From assembly GCF_006345805.1 (NCBI RefSeq), contig NC_042999.1:53568001-53632000 (forward strand): 64,000 nucleotides of DNA, read 5' to 3'. The notes below the pieces were generated by a model. That model was not told where the DNA came from. It was given only the letters and a program-made list of their open reading frames with translations, and searched no databases. The position numbers and the translations under genes were made by a program. This document shows positions 48,681 through 63,122 of this stretch, in pieces (position 1 is the stretch's first letter; every line of letters starts with the position of its first letter). The stretch is from Octopus sinensis. Taxonomy: Eukaryota.

Positions 48681-48856
48681 GTGCAACGTGAAAGTGAAGT
48701 GTCTTGCTCAAGGAAACAACGAAGTCGATCTCACGATCGAAAGCAGAATACGCTAACCACTAAGCCACGCGTGGCTGTATGGTAAGAAACTTGCGTACCA
48801 ACCACATGGTTCCAGTTTCAATCCCACTTCGTGGCTATTTGGGCAAGTGTCTTCTG
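48681..48856. mobile_element. Divergent head-to-head fusion of a SINE-D head (minus) and a SINE-B head (plus)
   Basis: The left part matches 57905-58007 and the right part matches about 63653-63738. The junction is the palindrome AGCCACGCGTGGCT (48763-48776). Confidence 0.75.
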
Positions 48857-49023
48857 TATTTCTTGCATTTGAAGGAGAGGTGGTGCAATTAATTTCTTTA
48901 TATTTTTTGTTTATTCATTTATTGTGTAATGTGTTTTATTATTCTTATTACTATTATTATTATTATTACTATTATTATTATTATTTTTATTATTATTATT
49001 ATTATTATATTATTATTATTATT

Positions 49024-49070
<47 letters not shown>

Positions 49071-52000
49071 TATTATTGTCTTTAGTTTAATGTTTCTGAA
49101 TGGATTTATTTGAAAAAATAATTAAAGATGTATCTTTTAGCTACATTTCTAAAGAATAGTGCTTTCCACAACTAAGTGATATTAAGGGACAGCATGACTA
49201 AACTGGTGATACCGTGTTAATCGGGCATGCCCCTAATCGCTACTGTATATTTTCTTAAGTGGGTCTGCCTCTAATCTGAAAGTTTCATAATAATTTATCG
49301 TGGCACTGAAATAACGACATTCTGTCCGCTCGATGTGACACTCAGCCGTGTTATGTCAATTGAGCGTGTGTCACTAAAGTAGTTTCATGCCGTCGATGAG
49401 ACGTGACTCGAAGGTAATTTTGTCATTTGGACGTGACACTTTCGCGCTTTCAGTTTAGTGATAGCCATAGTTCTTTTGATATCCGCTGGAAGAAGTTATG
49501 TGCATTTGAAAGTGTTTCGATTACCAACTGTTGTTTTAGGATTGACGCTTTATGGCAGTTTCCCCCCTCCCCTGTTTAATATTAGTAAGTTGTTGCCCGG
49601 GACTTGTCGAGATTTTTGTTATTTTACATAGAAACATTTCGAATGTATATGAAGTTAGAAAGTACAATGGTGAATGTTCTTTATTTGATATCTTTTGATG
49701 ATTGTGTATTTGCGCGCGCGCGTGTGTTTGTCTACCTGTGTATGTGATCGCGCCCAGACGAGAACTCTTATTTCGCGTTCGCTTCAACCTGCCATTTTGT
49801 GGAAAACTTGCCGCATCTACTGTTCTTCTTGCCATAGATTTTGTTTTTAAATGTCAGAATATCTGTCTTTTATCTTCGTTAACGATTGCAATATATGACA
49901 CTAAATAACTACTTCTTTGTGTATTTTTTTTTCTTTCAGCAAAACGGCTAAGTTGCAACAGGTATTTGCTTATATGATATCGTTTCCATGATTAATTATT
50001 AAACGTGTCTCACGTGCTGCTGCAATAAATAATAAAATTGTTAATTTGTCATACGCTCGAGACATTTGCAATATAGATTATCTGACATTTGTATAAACTA
50101 GGATTATCTAGTAAACATTTTTTTTTTTTTGATATGTTAAAAAATAGAAATGGAAAAATAAACCTGATGTAATTTTTAATTTTATTAGTCTAATTGAAAA
50201 TGTTAATTTTATGAATTCTACAGTGAGAGAAATGGCCGCTGTGACTTTGAGATACACAGCCACACATAGATGCACGTCTACCTACGTAATTAAAAGTTAC
50301 AACTGATAATTTAATATCACTTCTATCAATCATTTACAATTAAATAGAGAATGGATATGTTCCTGAAGCTAAAGCCGTGCTTGAGTAAGATAAGAAGCTT
50401 ATGATTAATTCATACCAAGAAATATTTGCTCTGAAATATAGTTTTATATACTTCATTGAATGTTATTTAATCTGAAGAAAATTAGTACTTTCCTCATGTG
50501 AAAAAATTCTTAAAGCTACATTAGATAAAAGATTTAAAGGAAAAATGTTAAATAATAGATCAAATCTGGTACATTTATGTGCATCCAGTGTCGGATGCAA
50601 ATTTCATCAATTTGTGTATATATCGTTCTTCATGTTATTCTGTATACAGTTCCTTGATAATTAGATAGATCGATAGATACATAGATATTTTAGGGTTGTA
50701 ATTTTCTAGCAAATTATTGGCTCAGAAATTGTGTATTCAAACTGTAAAAATTATATCACAGAAGATCCATTAATCATTTAAGTATAGAAGAAGGCGTATT
50801 TCATCATTGTAGCTACAGGGTTTCAATACTGAAAGAAATATCATTCCATGTGACGATGTGAAGTGGTGGAAGGAATTTTAACTTTGTTTGGAAACATACA
50901 CACAGAACCCCTACGTAAAGAAGCAAAAATAAATAAAAATCTAAAAACAGATATGGAAAACGAAAATGATAAAACACACATGAAACGAAAGATATATGAG
51001 AAAAACAAAATATAAACAATATTATTGGATGAAAAACAACCGTGGTTCCAAGAATTGATGACGCGAGAGCGTTACGTTAACCGTGCAGCACACCAACCGA
51101 AGCAAGAAAGACATATAGTAGTCTCCACAATAGAAATAATGACAGAGGAAGGAGCCACGATCCACAGATGAAAGTGATGAGAGAGAGAGAAAGAGAGGTG
51201 GAAGAATGCATGCCATCCACATCAGCTTGACCGTGCGCGGCGAGTATTATTTGAGATCCATTGAGCAAATGAACACCAACGCAAACATTACACTGACAAT
51301 TTGCATAACAAGCATATTCATGATGTACTTTAGACTAAACGTAAGGATATTAAATAGTATTATACCCGTGGTTTGCCCCTAGTGGTGAAATATCGTAGGG
51401 GAGATAATTCCTTCTAGATTAACTTGACGGGATTGGAAATTTAAATCAGAGTAACGAAGAATATTATTTCTTTTCTTTCTTTTTTTTTTGTTTCTTACAT
51501 ATAAAGGTGTTAAATTTCTTAGTTGTTGGCAGCCATATATAACTTGATTTCACCCTTGTTTTTGAAACTTGTTTGGGAACATACATACAGATCGCCTACG
51601 TAAGGAAAAGCAAAACTAATTAAAACTAGAAAGGATATGTTGTGTGAAATCTATAAAACGGCATAGCGCGAGACAATTAAATGAGGCAACAGTAAATATT
51701 TTATTCGGCTAGACAATCCTAAAAGAGAGAAAGTAGTTTACAAATTAAAACGCATTAATTAGATGTTTTTTTTCAGCTAAGTCATTGATAGTTCGACAAT
51801 AGAGTTAAAAGAGAGAGGAAAGAAAAAAAATTTAATAAACACTTTCTCCCCATGTATTTATTTTTCCTACGACATATCTCAGTTCTGTTTATTAATCATT
51901 ATTCTCAAATTTCAATACACAACTCAATTACAAACTTCAAAGAGCACTGAATGTCTTAAAATTATCAGTATCTAAACCTAAGCTACAAGTATTTATTTAG

Positions 52001-52174
52001 CATATTTACAATATCGTTGCCTAATTCTTTATCTCATCAGACTATTTAGCTTTGCGCAAAAGTTTTAACGCATAAGCTATTCATTTGATTGATGATTTCA
52101 ATAATGCACACAAAACTCTACCCCATATAAAAGAATGGTTAAGACATGTGGTTAGATGTGTTGTGACTTTTGTT

Positions 52175-52630
52175 TTAAATGTGATATAACACATATTCTA
52201 AACCGTGTTTGCTAAATTTGTGCTTCCTTTTCAAGAATGTTTTAGTTTCTTTACTAAGCTTAGCAACGTTTGTCACTATAGAATCAAGACAAGTAAGAGT
52301 GTCGACTGTTTTAAGAGCTTTGCCTTTAACATACGCTCTGGGCATAACCTCAGAATTACAGCCAGGCTGCGGCTGAAAAGGAAGCTCTGTCTTATCTTTT
52401 TTGTGGTTATGATTAAGCAAAACTATTTGGCTGCTGCAGCAAATTCACTGGCAATCTATTGAATACCTTGAAGAGGATGGGAATTTAGTGCACAGGCATG
52501 CATTTTCCAAGTACTTCATAGTTTGAAACGAAATCCTTTTTGCTTTTTGCATTGATGATTGTAGATACCACCAGTGATGCAATATTCCAAAGGGATGTCT
52601 TCTGTCATACCAACAGACATACTCAAACAT
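52175..52630 (-). pseudogene. Degraded LINE RT remnant (RTE-like)
   Basis: VKGKALKTVDTLTCLDSIVTN resembles the RTE V..F.YLGS motif. Confidence 0.4.
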
Positions 52631-52754
52631 AACTGCAAAGAATAAGAGAAATAATACCGATGCAAATACACTTCATGGCTTTGGACACTTTCTCACTTCA
52701 AAGATTCTCGTTTTAACCCCTATTTGTTCTTTATCGTTATCCATCTTTTCAAAA

Positions 52755-53560
52755 TTGTTCTGTTATACGCTCTGTTTCTGCAGCATCGATAAGGCTCTCT
52801 CGTTTCATAACTCTGCGAATATGTTCGTCTTTGAGGATTTTAATATTCAGCATGAAGAGTGTCTTAAGTTTTCTCAGAGCACCAGAGCATATGGCATTGA
52901 TGTGTGTAATTGTGCACTTCCTCAATCGCTCACACAACCCGTTGACTTTCTTACTCGCATTCTTGATCCCGATGACCAATTTTTCTCCCTCTTTGATCAC
53001 TTGTTGGCATCAAATCCTGATATCTGTAGGGTTTGTCATGATTCTCCCCAGGTGGGGGGCGGATACCTGATCATGCTGTTGTTTCAGTTGGCGTTTCACC
53101 GAATTGTTCTGCTGCCAAGAAGTCCCCATTTCATCGTTCTCTATTCAGCTATGATTCTGGTGATTGGGAGAAATTAAAAGAGACATTCTGAAGCGATGCC
53201 ACATTCTCTTTGCTTCCTGAGAAAACAAAACATCAGAACGCAGTATCGGGCGCCAGTCCTGCTTCTCGTCAGTTCAAGTATTTGAGAAAAGTCGACTCCA
53301 AAATGGGGACCAACTTCGTGCAAGCAGGGAACGAACGCTGGCAAAACTCCGCTCCTCTAAGTGGAAAGCTTAGCTGTCATTGTGATTTTGCCACACGAAG
53401 CAAAGCAAGCCGTCCACTAAAGAAAACATAGTAAATAATCCAGAAGCACTCAAGCAAACTGAGTCCTCAAATTGATCCATTTGGCAAAGGGTTCTCAAGG
53501 CACCTGCAGACCTGAAGACACACATTTGTGTTCATAGGATAAGGATTAACGCCTTATTTT
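52755..53560 (+). pseudogene. Degraded CR1/L2-clade APE endonuclease remnant
   Basis: SANMFVFEDFNIQHEECL...SLTQPVDFLTRI...LFDHLLASNPD matches the CR1-type GDFN.HH.EWL, LTQ.V.FPTR and LDL.LTS.P motifs. Confidence 0.65.
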
Positions 53561-54629
53561 ATTGAACTGTCTTTATCGTTCACGAATAGATCCATCATAT
53601 GTAATGATTTCGGCAATACCGATAGATATATTGTCAAGAAAGGCGCGTAGTCTATATAATTTAATATATCATTCAGAATAGTAATTGTAGATATTAATTT
53701 TGATAAAATTTAATCTTATATATGTCTCACATAGATTATGTTCAATGTTGCTTGAGTTGCTTGAAGGTGGTTCTGTCTCTTAAACCTGTGTTTGTGTATA
53801 TGTATATGTAAGAAATCTAGTGGTATATTTAAATTGTAGGCGCGGTGGAGAGCAACACCTAAAGTTCATAACTAACGTACGGAGGTCAGTGAGCATTGAA
53901 ACCCGCTTGCTAGCACTACACATAATGTTAAAAGTAAAAAAAAGTACATTCCTGGTGGAAAGCAAGGCCCCTGGGGAGAATAGAAACCCAGAAATCCAAG
54001 AGAAAGTATAATATATATAAATTCATATATACATGTAACTTATTTGTATGCGAATACGTTAGTATTATATGCGTATGTATACAAATTTAGTTTGGGCTTG
54101 ATAATACGCACGTATATTTTTATCTAGATACACACATACACATACACATATATATATATAAAACATACATACATACATACATGCACGGAAATGGAAAAGT
54201 TAAGGAAAAAACAGAAATACGTCGAGTGAGATTCGTTCAAGTGAGAGGCAGTAATTAAATGGAGAGGCGTTCACTGATGGAGTTGCATCCTGGGGGACGA
54301 CAGTTTGCTTGAAATGGTTTTCTCAACTGGAAGAATTTTGAGAGCAGTACGTAAAAGTTCCTGCATAATCTTGCCACCTATTGTGAATATTCTGAGATTT
54401 ATTTTCATCTCAATATCAATAATATTCGATATGCCATTGCGCAAAGAGGTAGAAAGAAATAGCAAATATTCTGTTTTGGTGTATAACACGAACGCAAGGC
54501 ACACATATACTCACATACATAGAGACATAAGCACACACACACACACATGCACTCACACACACATACATATATATGTGTACTTAATATGTGTGTGTGTGTG
54601 AATGTGCGAAGAAAGAAATAAAGAAACAA

Positions 54630-55045
<416 letters not shown>

Positions 55046-55100
55046 ATACATAGATAGATATTGGTATAACATATGTGTGTGAATATATTTTTATTTATAA

Positions 55101-55172
<72 letters not shown>

Positions 55173-56559
55173 GAGAGAGAGAGATGTATGCATATGCATA
55201 GATGTGTATATCTATGTGTGTCTATAGTTTCGGAAATATTTGACATTCAACTTATATTTTAGCTCAGCTTTCCATTTCGTTTACGTTATAATGCCCCAGG
55301 TTTCATAACTCACGCTAGAACAGGTTTTAACGAAATAATTTGAATGTGACTAAAGTTGCAGCTAAAAGTTAACTTGGATCTTAAATATTAAGTTATTTTT
55401 ACGGTGCTTAATTATTGTGGCAGACAATGGCCACGACAGACACAGTTGTCTCTCTAACTGAAAAGTTTTACATTTCAAATATACTCAACGACATGATGAG
55501 AGCAAAATCCTTTGGTACCTCCATGCAAAGAAATACAGACGTTGAATTTTCATACATAATCTTGAGGCAGTGGATCACAAACTGGAAACTGGGAGAAACT
55601 ACAACCAACAGATGGAGCAGTAAATGTTGGTCACGGAAATCCAATGCGATATTGTCATTTCATTCAAACAAGTCTTGTATATTCATCTAAGACTTAGGAG
55701 AAACTTATTTCTACATGTTCTCTATGAGACTAGATATGACAATCCTACACCCAACTCCTAACTAAAATGCAAGCAAAAGGTTTATAATCATAATCGGGCC
55801 GGCAGCATTTGTATTAGCTAAAGAAATATGCTTTATATAGACATTTCCCTCCTTTAATGTATACCCACGTGCTACATCATAACCAACACATGCATGGAGT
55901 TTCATCGTTAAAAGCAGATTAAGATGTTTTATTCTTTGACAGAGTTTCAACGCGTCAGACAAAATGCTAGGCAGCATTTCTTTCGGGCCTTTATGCACTG
56001 AATACAAATTTCATCGAAGTCAATTTAGCCCTTCAACCGTTCCGAGTCAATAAAATAAAGTGAAGTATATGGGTTCATGATATCGATTCGAAACAAGTAT
56101 CTTCTTCCAAAATTTGAAAACCATTATTATCGTATGGCAACGTCGTCTGGTTGATCGGGTAGTTATGAAACTTAAAGTAACGGGGAAATACATCAAATTT
56201 TAATCTTATACTCTGTATCGTGTATTGAGTGGTCATGTTATTTTTATTTCTGGTCAGAAACAATACTCATTTGCCCTAAATGTAAAACAATGTAAAGAAA
56301 TGATACCATAAGTTATAGAATAGCAGAAAAAAACAAACAATATCCACATCAGGATATCGTCAAGAACCATTTGTTCAAAACAACTAACTGAGAAATCTTA
56401 GAAGGTACAAATAAGTATGACATGAAAAGCATACTTCTTCATGTGAATTTTCAGTGCACAGCAAAATATTTGAGAAGGTAAGAGAGAATCAGCGGCCGAG
56501 TTAATGGTAAAAGTTGATGCAACACGAATCTGGAATGCCTAGAGCAAACTAAGTAATAC

Positions 56560-57250
56560 GAGAAAGTAGAAATAGAAAGCGTCTCAACACTTGCCATAAT
56601 TTAGAATATATCCATAAATGTTGCCAGGGCGTTCTTTGCACTGATTCAAACACGTTTCCCTGCTTCAGAAAATATTTCAAAAAAAATCTCTTACAGCAAC
56701 ATATTGTTAGCGAAGGCTTAGAAATCAAACTTCCGCCAAAAAATATAATCACCACTCAAATACATAAACACTTCACAAACAATCCAACACGAGCTAATCC
56801 CAAAACCGGACTGGCTTGTCGTGGAGTTAAAAGATGCCTGCCACATGAAGAGTATACTGAAGAGAGACAGAGTCAGCAGAATGTAAAGGCATGCATCGAA
56901 TTTCTCTACAGTACCATAAATGTAAATGAAAGAAGCAACTGAAGTGTACAAATATATGATGTTCTTCCCCTCTTTCGAAATACCCTCAAAATGGAGATGA
57001 GATCCACAAAATAAAGAAAGCTACAAGCACAAACATATACAACGATAGCAGTAGGCCCTTTCAACTATACCAGACTAACAGCTGAAAATTCTGAGTCTAT
57101 TCGAGATTCATCTGAAGCAGAAGCCTTCATTTCAAGAGTTACAAACTTTCAAGCCTATTGCTGTACTAATAAATTATGCATTGCAAATTGGCCGAAACTA
57201 CAATTTCCGTACGGAAATTAAAGCTAAATCCCAAATTTAGAGCGTCTTTC
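56560..57250 (+). pseudogene. Possible Penelope-like element remnant (region before and within GIY-YIG)
   Basis: NVARAFFALIQTRFP and a ...RGVKRCLPH / CRVKDAC-like Cys cluster resemble Penelope NV...FL.LI..HFP and CNC...CP motifs. Heavily decayed. Confidence 0.4.
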
Positions 57251-57641
57251 ACATTACTTAAAACAGGCATTTTCTTACGTGTACTACATGACACAAAGGT
57301 GCTATCGGCAATTTGTCTAAGTTCGCACAGAGACTATGAGATGCATTAGAGCAAAGTTTATCCGCTTGACTGACGATTGGCCTTCGAGAAACTTCATATA
57401 ATCACAGCTATCACTAAACAAATGAATTTATTTACACAGTTAACTATGTTTAGTGTACCTTTTGTGTTTTGTTATACACAAGCAAGTAGCATTTATTGTC
57501 GAAGGTCGTGCAATTTCTCTCAACTGATCAATTGACCAATTGAGTAAACCTATCAGCAACGTGACTATAATGACGACTGGAAACAGATGTAACTTACTCT
57601 AATAAAGAAAGATGTGTGGTGACCATTATTTATACCTTGTC

Positions 57642-57690
<49 letters not shown>

Positions 57691-57692
<2 letters not shown>

Positions 57693-58014
57693 AGACTCCG
57701 CCGGTTACGACGACGAGGGTCCCAGCTGATACGATCAACGGAACAGCTTGTTCGTGAAATTAACGTGCAAATGGCTGAGCATTCCACAGACACGTGTACC
57801 CTTAACGTAGTTCTCGGGGATAATCAGCGTGACACAGAGAGTGACAAGGCTGACCCTTTGAAATACAAGTACAACTCATTTTTGCCAGCTGAGTGGACTG
57901 GAGCAACGTGAAATAAAGTGTCTTGCTCAAGGACACAACGCGTCGCCGGGAATCGAACTCACAACCTTACGATCATGAGCCGAATGCCCTAACCACTAAG
58001 CCACGCGCCCTCAC
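57691..58014 (-). mobile_element. tRNA-derived SINE family D inserted in (TA)n
   Basis: Head GGGCGCGTGGCTTAGTGGTTAGGGC...GAGTTCGATTCCC has clear A and B boxes, followed by GTGTCCTTGAGCAAGACACTT and a central CCAGTCCACTCAGCTGG domain. Confidence 0.88.
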
Positions 58015-58329
58015 TATATATATATATATATATACGTGTGTGTGTGTGTATTTATGTATATATGTATGAATGTATGTATAACAGTGAAGGAGTAAATGGT
58101 ATAGTTATCCACTTTATATAGTTCAACCAATTAACGCTCTAATGGAGGAGCTTCAGGGTTAGGGTTACTGTTAGGGTCGGTGTATATATTCAATCAATCC
58201 ATATCAAATTATCGAAAGTTTCCACAATATACACTATACATAGATGTGTTCACATATATGAGACTTGATGAAAAATTTATAAGAATTCATAAATACATAT
58301 ACATACGAAGATTTATAGATATATAGAAA

Positions 58330-58389
<60 letters not shown>

Positions 58390-58884
58390 ATATAAATTTA
58401 TAAACATATACAAATTATAAATGCATAAACATACAAACATATAAACATAAATAAATAGATGTACTTGCGAGGCCCGAATGTACGTATTAGAATGAATGAG
58501 GAGGGTTGATAAGAAAGTTAGTATAAGATGATTCATGAGGAATCTTTAATACGTACAAAATCATACGACCGTTTCGAGAAGATATAGGATATGGGTGAGC
58601 TAACTCCAACAATAGCAATTATCTATACTTCTCTCATCAGAGTTAACAGATTCAAAGAGTTGTTATTTTTTTTTTAAAACGAATGTTTTGTTAAATCATA
58701 CTCTTCATGATGATACAGACTCACACACACACACACATACACACACATACGCACACACACACACATACGCACGCACACACATTCATGTAACACCTCTAAT
58801 TCCACTTCGCTCACCCTCACTTCTTTTGCCTCATTCATTCCGTAGAAGAGCGTAGGCAGGAAACGTCAAAGTTAGAATTTTCTT

Positions 58885-59230
58885 CAGGGCGACTAGCCCA
58901 TCATGCTCAAAAGGTTCCTAAATAAGGATTGTTTAGGATGTTGAACGAAGCACCCATGTTTCCAGAGGTGAATTTTTCAAACCCCAAAGATTTTCTGTGA
59001 ACACATGGCTATGGTGTTACCCTACAATTTCTGCTCGTGATCAGACATGCACATATTGTCAGCTACTTAGAGACTTGCTCAACTGGTTAAAGTCAACAAA
59101 GTGAGAAGCAGATCTGTGTTATTGAGCAGAATATTAGCTATAGACCATCTTTTATACCAAGACAAAACAACGTACATGATAACACTTCCATTCAGTTAAG
59201 AGCAAAATCATGATAGCCACAGCCAGTGCT
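58885..59230 (-). mobile_element. Repeat family E, copy covering more 5' sequence
   Basis: The reverse complement aligns to 41899-42100. Confidence 0.6.
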
Positions 59231-59398
59231 TTGTATTGCATATGCTACATTATATCGGCACAGCTCACCGCACCCCACAGAAAACTGTTATTGACAGATG
59301 ATATAATTTAGCTGCAGCCGGCTATAAAAAAATAGGAGCTTTTATGTATGTATGTATGTATGTATGTATGTATGTATGTATGTATGTATGTATGTTAT

Positions 59399-59601
59399 GT
59401 AGTCGCTATGATAGATCGTTAGCCACTACACACATGTTTTCTCTCCTTGCTTCTCTCCTTGTTTTTTCTGTGTCCCTTTCTGTAGAAGAGCGTAGGCTCG
59501 AAACGTAAAACACTTTTTCTATTCCTGAGCGTTATACTAATACATCTGTTTGTTTTGTACACCACCTATCTTCGTCTTTTGTTTTTTTCGTAAACTCTCC
59601 C
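59399..59601 (+). mobile_element. About 200-bp Penelope pseudo-LTR-like repeat carrying a hammerhead-like motif
   Basis: CTGTAGAAGAGCGTAGGCTCGAAACGTA at 59480-59507. Partial copies at 58840-58870 and 61697-61797. Flanked by (ATGT)n. Confidence 0.5.
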
Positions 59602-60068
59602 TATGTATATATGTATGTATGTATGTATGTATGCATGCATGCATGCATGCATGTATGTATGTATGTATGTATGTATGCATGCATGCATGCATACATGCAT
59701 GTATGTATGTATGTATGTATGTATGTATGTATGTATGTATACGTGTCGATTTGTAAGTATGTAGGTACTTAAGCTCACTGGTGTCTGGGTTGAAGTGTTG
59801 AAAGAGGTGGGATGGATGAGAATTCTGTAAATACATGACTTAGAAATAGTAATTATAATAATTGATTGCCGAATATTTGAAATTGTGTATTTATCACTAA
59901 ACTCTATTCTAATTCAAACGTAGCGTTATGTGTCCCTCGTCAGGTGGTGTATAAATATATACATGTAACTCTGTGTGTGTGTGTGTGTGTGTGTGGCGTT
60001 TATGGATGTATATGTGTGAAGTCTTGAATATGTACGGTGTTAGTTTGTGCCGAAGTATGTGAGAGTCG

Positions 60069-60101
<33 letters not shown>

Positions 60102-60961
60102 TGAGTATGACTGTGGTGTGTGTGTGTGTGTGTGTGTGCTTGAGTATGACTGTGGTGTGTGTGAGTGTATAAGTGTGTGCACTGTGGAATGTGTATACGT
60201 ACAAGGTTATGCGTGCTTCGTAAAAATGATTGAGTGTTAATGTGTTATTGATTGTGACAGTGACAAGACTAAACATTACTCCAGCAGTTATGACAGTCTT
60301 AAACAATAGGGTTGAGTTTAATATGTTTTATTTTATGGCCTGTATTCCTGTGTCTAGCCACCTGTCAGTCACGTGTTGTTAGGCATCTACCTAGGAAAAC
60401 TATCAAATGTTTTAATAAATAACAACACTAGAGAATGGTGTTTGAAACATGTTTTAGTCTGCAGGCTCTGAAAGCTTGTTCAGCCACGGCTAATGCTGCT
60501 TGTTGAAGATAAAGGCGGAGGGGTGAGTTAGTGACCTGGAATAAAGTTTGTTTTAATAATTTCAGGTGTCCCTTAGATGTAAGTAGATTTCTCAGGTTTG
60601 TTTCAAAGAAACAATGACTATGCACACGTAAGACAATTTACTTAACAAATACACAGTTGTATGGCTTCAAGTTTCAATCTTCCGTCGGCTCCGAGGGCAA
60701 ACTTTGGCTTCACTCACGCTTTGCTATGAAGACTGAGTGAAGTATTGTTTTATCGTATATATTTTTCTATTAGACTCGACTATTTGCTCGGTGTAACCCC
60801 TTCACAGCGTCATTAGATCCTTTAAGAGGAATAAGTTATATCCAGCCAGGATTATAATTTCATGCGATAAGGTTTTCGAGACTCCGAAAAGAGTGATCTA
60901 CCCTTTGACAATGATACAAAAGTAAAACGTGTAAACGTATATTTTACCTCGTTTTTATTTT

Positions 60962-61359
60962 CTCTTGTTTCAGTCATTGGGTTGCGCCATGCTGGAGCAA
61001 CAGTTTGAAGAGTGTTCGACAAACAAATTAGCCCGAGTATTTATTTTCAGTCAGGTTCTTATTCTGTTAGGCTCTATCTCTGAATCGCTGGGATACAGAG
61101 ACGAAAACAAACCAGCATCGGCTGCTAAGCAGGAGTGGAGGACAAACACAAATACACAAAAATATGCATATACGCACAAATATATATGCACACGCACATA
61201 AGTGCATAGGAGCGCACACAGACACAAATTTGTATTGGGGAGTGTATTAATACGATGGACTTCCACTCAGTTTTCGTCTCACAAATTCGCAAAAATCATC
61301 GTTTGGCCCATGGCTATAGAAAAAGGAACTGGCCCCATATGCTGCGCAGCGGGCTTGAA

Positions 61360-61361
<2 letters not shown>
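60962..61361 (-). mobile_element. Degenerate SINE family B
   Basis: TTGTTTCAGTCATT...CCATGCTGGAGCA and ACCAGCATCGG landmarks as in 20829-21240. Confidence 0.7.
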
Positions 61362-61396
<35 letters not shown>

Positions 61397-61601
61397 ACAC
61401 GCACACACATATATATATATACATATAAATATATGTATTTATATATATTTTATCTCATTACGCAAAACATTCCTATATACACACGCTAATATATGACCAA
61501 TGTTGAACCCCTTATTCACATAATCACCGAACCTGGAACTCAACTATGGTCTGTCTATAGCACTTTGGGTCTCAATGACACCATTACCTCTAATAACCTA
61601 C

Positions 61602-61674
<73 letters not shown>

Positions 61675-61811
61675 TATATAATATATGTATGTATATAAAG
61701 ACTTGTTCTATTTCTATTCCTGTGCGCCATACTAATACATTTGTTTTTTTGTACTCCACCTGCCTTCGTCTTTTGTTTATTTTCGTAAACCTTTCCGTGA
61801 TATATATATAC

Positions 61812-61843
<32 letters not shown>

Positions 61844-63034
61844 GTGTGTGTGTGTATGTATGCATGTATGTATGTACGTATATATATGATATATACATAC
61901 ATATATATAATATATATGTAACAAATAGATGATAAATACGATCTTGTCTGTATTTTAAGCAGTGTTTTAGTCATTGCGTGTAGCTTTCCTCGTCTATGCG
62001 ACTGGTTTTTCTTTTGATTTCGGATTGTTTTCAGGTCAAATTAATTCGTTTTCCAATTTCTTTTCCTTTCTTTTTTTCAATTTCATTCCTATAATCATAG
62101 ATAATGCACATATAATTTTCATGTTTTAAAAATTGCTTATTTACATTTTTTAAGCATTTTCCTCAAGTACCATAGCTTCAAACAGTTCGACTAAACCACA
62201 TAAATAACAATGATTAAATACGATATTCCTTGAATTTTGCAACATTTCGTTGAAAGTAAGGTTTTCAGTATTTTAAAATATTAGCGGACATTGACATATT
62301 TTGTTACAAAAACAAGCGTTCATAATAATTCTTTTCTCCGGGGAAAGAATTTTGGCGCTAATTTACATATCAGAATAATAGAATCTACAATTCAATAAAA
62401 GTGAAATCTTTCTGAGTTTCTTTTACCCCAACTTTCCTGTCGTGATTTATCTTTCTCTCATTTTTACGCTCAAGGAAAACAAAGTAAATCAGCGCTTGCG
62501 GCCTGCCTAATGAAGAGTCATATTTAATGCGGCCATATTTCATATTGCTTCATGCCTGATGTATCTACTATCAATTTATCTATCTATCATATATATATAC
62601 ATATATATAATTTCTCGAAGACTACCCCTACTCCCATCCAGCTACCGACTTCCTCCTGCCATTATCACTTCCTTGCCTCCTACCATACCTATTCTGCATT
62701 TAAATTTTCCTGCATTATGATGATCTCACACGTTAGACTCTTATCTATTCACCCCAGTGAAAGAGGCTCTGGAGTTTATCAATATTTGTTTGCTTCAATT
62801 ACTGGATGCATAACTTTGATCAACATCTGTCAACATTATCAAGTAACTCCAAGAACTCAAAAAGCATCTGTCGGACTTGCAACCTCTTCTCACCTCTAAT
62901 TCTTTGACTCTTTGTAATGTGAGTAAATTTGCTCTATATACATAGAGTTATACATGATTGTTTATCGTCTAAAAATTGAGTCTGCCTTTTAAATGTATGC
63001 ATGTATATATACTGTGTACATTAAAACCTAAAGT

Positions 63035-63070
<36 letters not shown>

Positions 63071-63076
63071 ATATAT

Positions 63077-63122
<46 letters not shown>

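Noticed and set aside
53820-54011. 63-aa ORF with a possible acceptor at about 53840
   Set aside because: No recognisable motif and a weak polypyrimidine tract.
57945-58014. tRNA-Met-like sequence (CTCATGA loop, A and B boxes); similar heads at 44982 and 63642
   Set aside because: There is no complete acceptor stem, and the sequence continues into a multi-copy SINE body.
60708-60742. 9-bp stem CTTCACTCA/TGAGTGAAG
   Set aside because: Short enough to arise by chance in 64 kb, with no second copy or supporting context.
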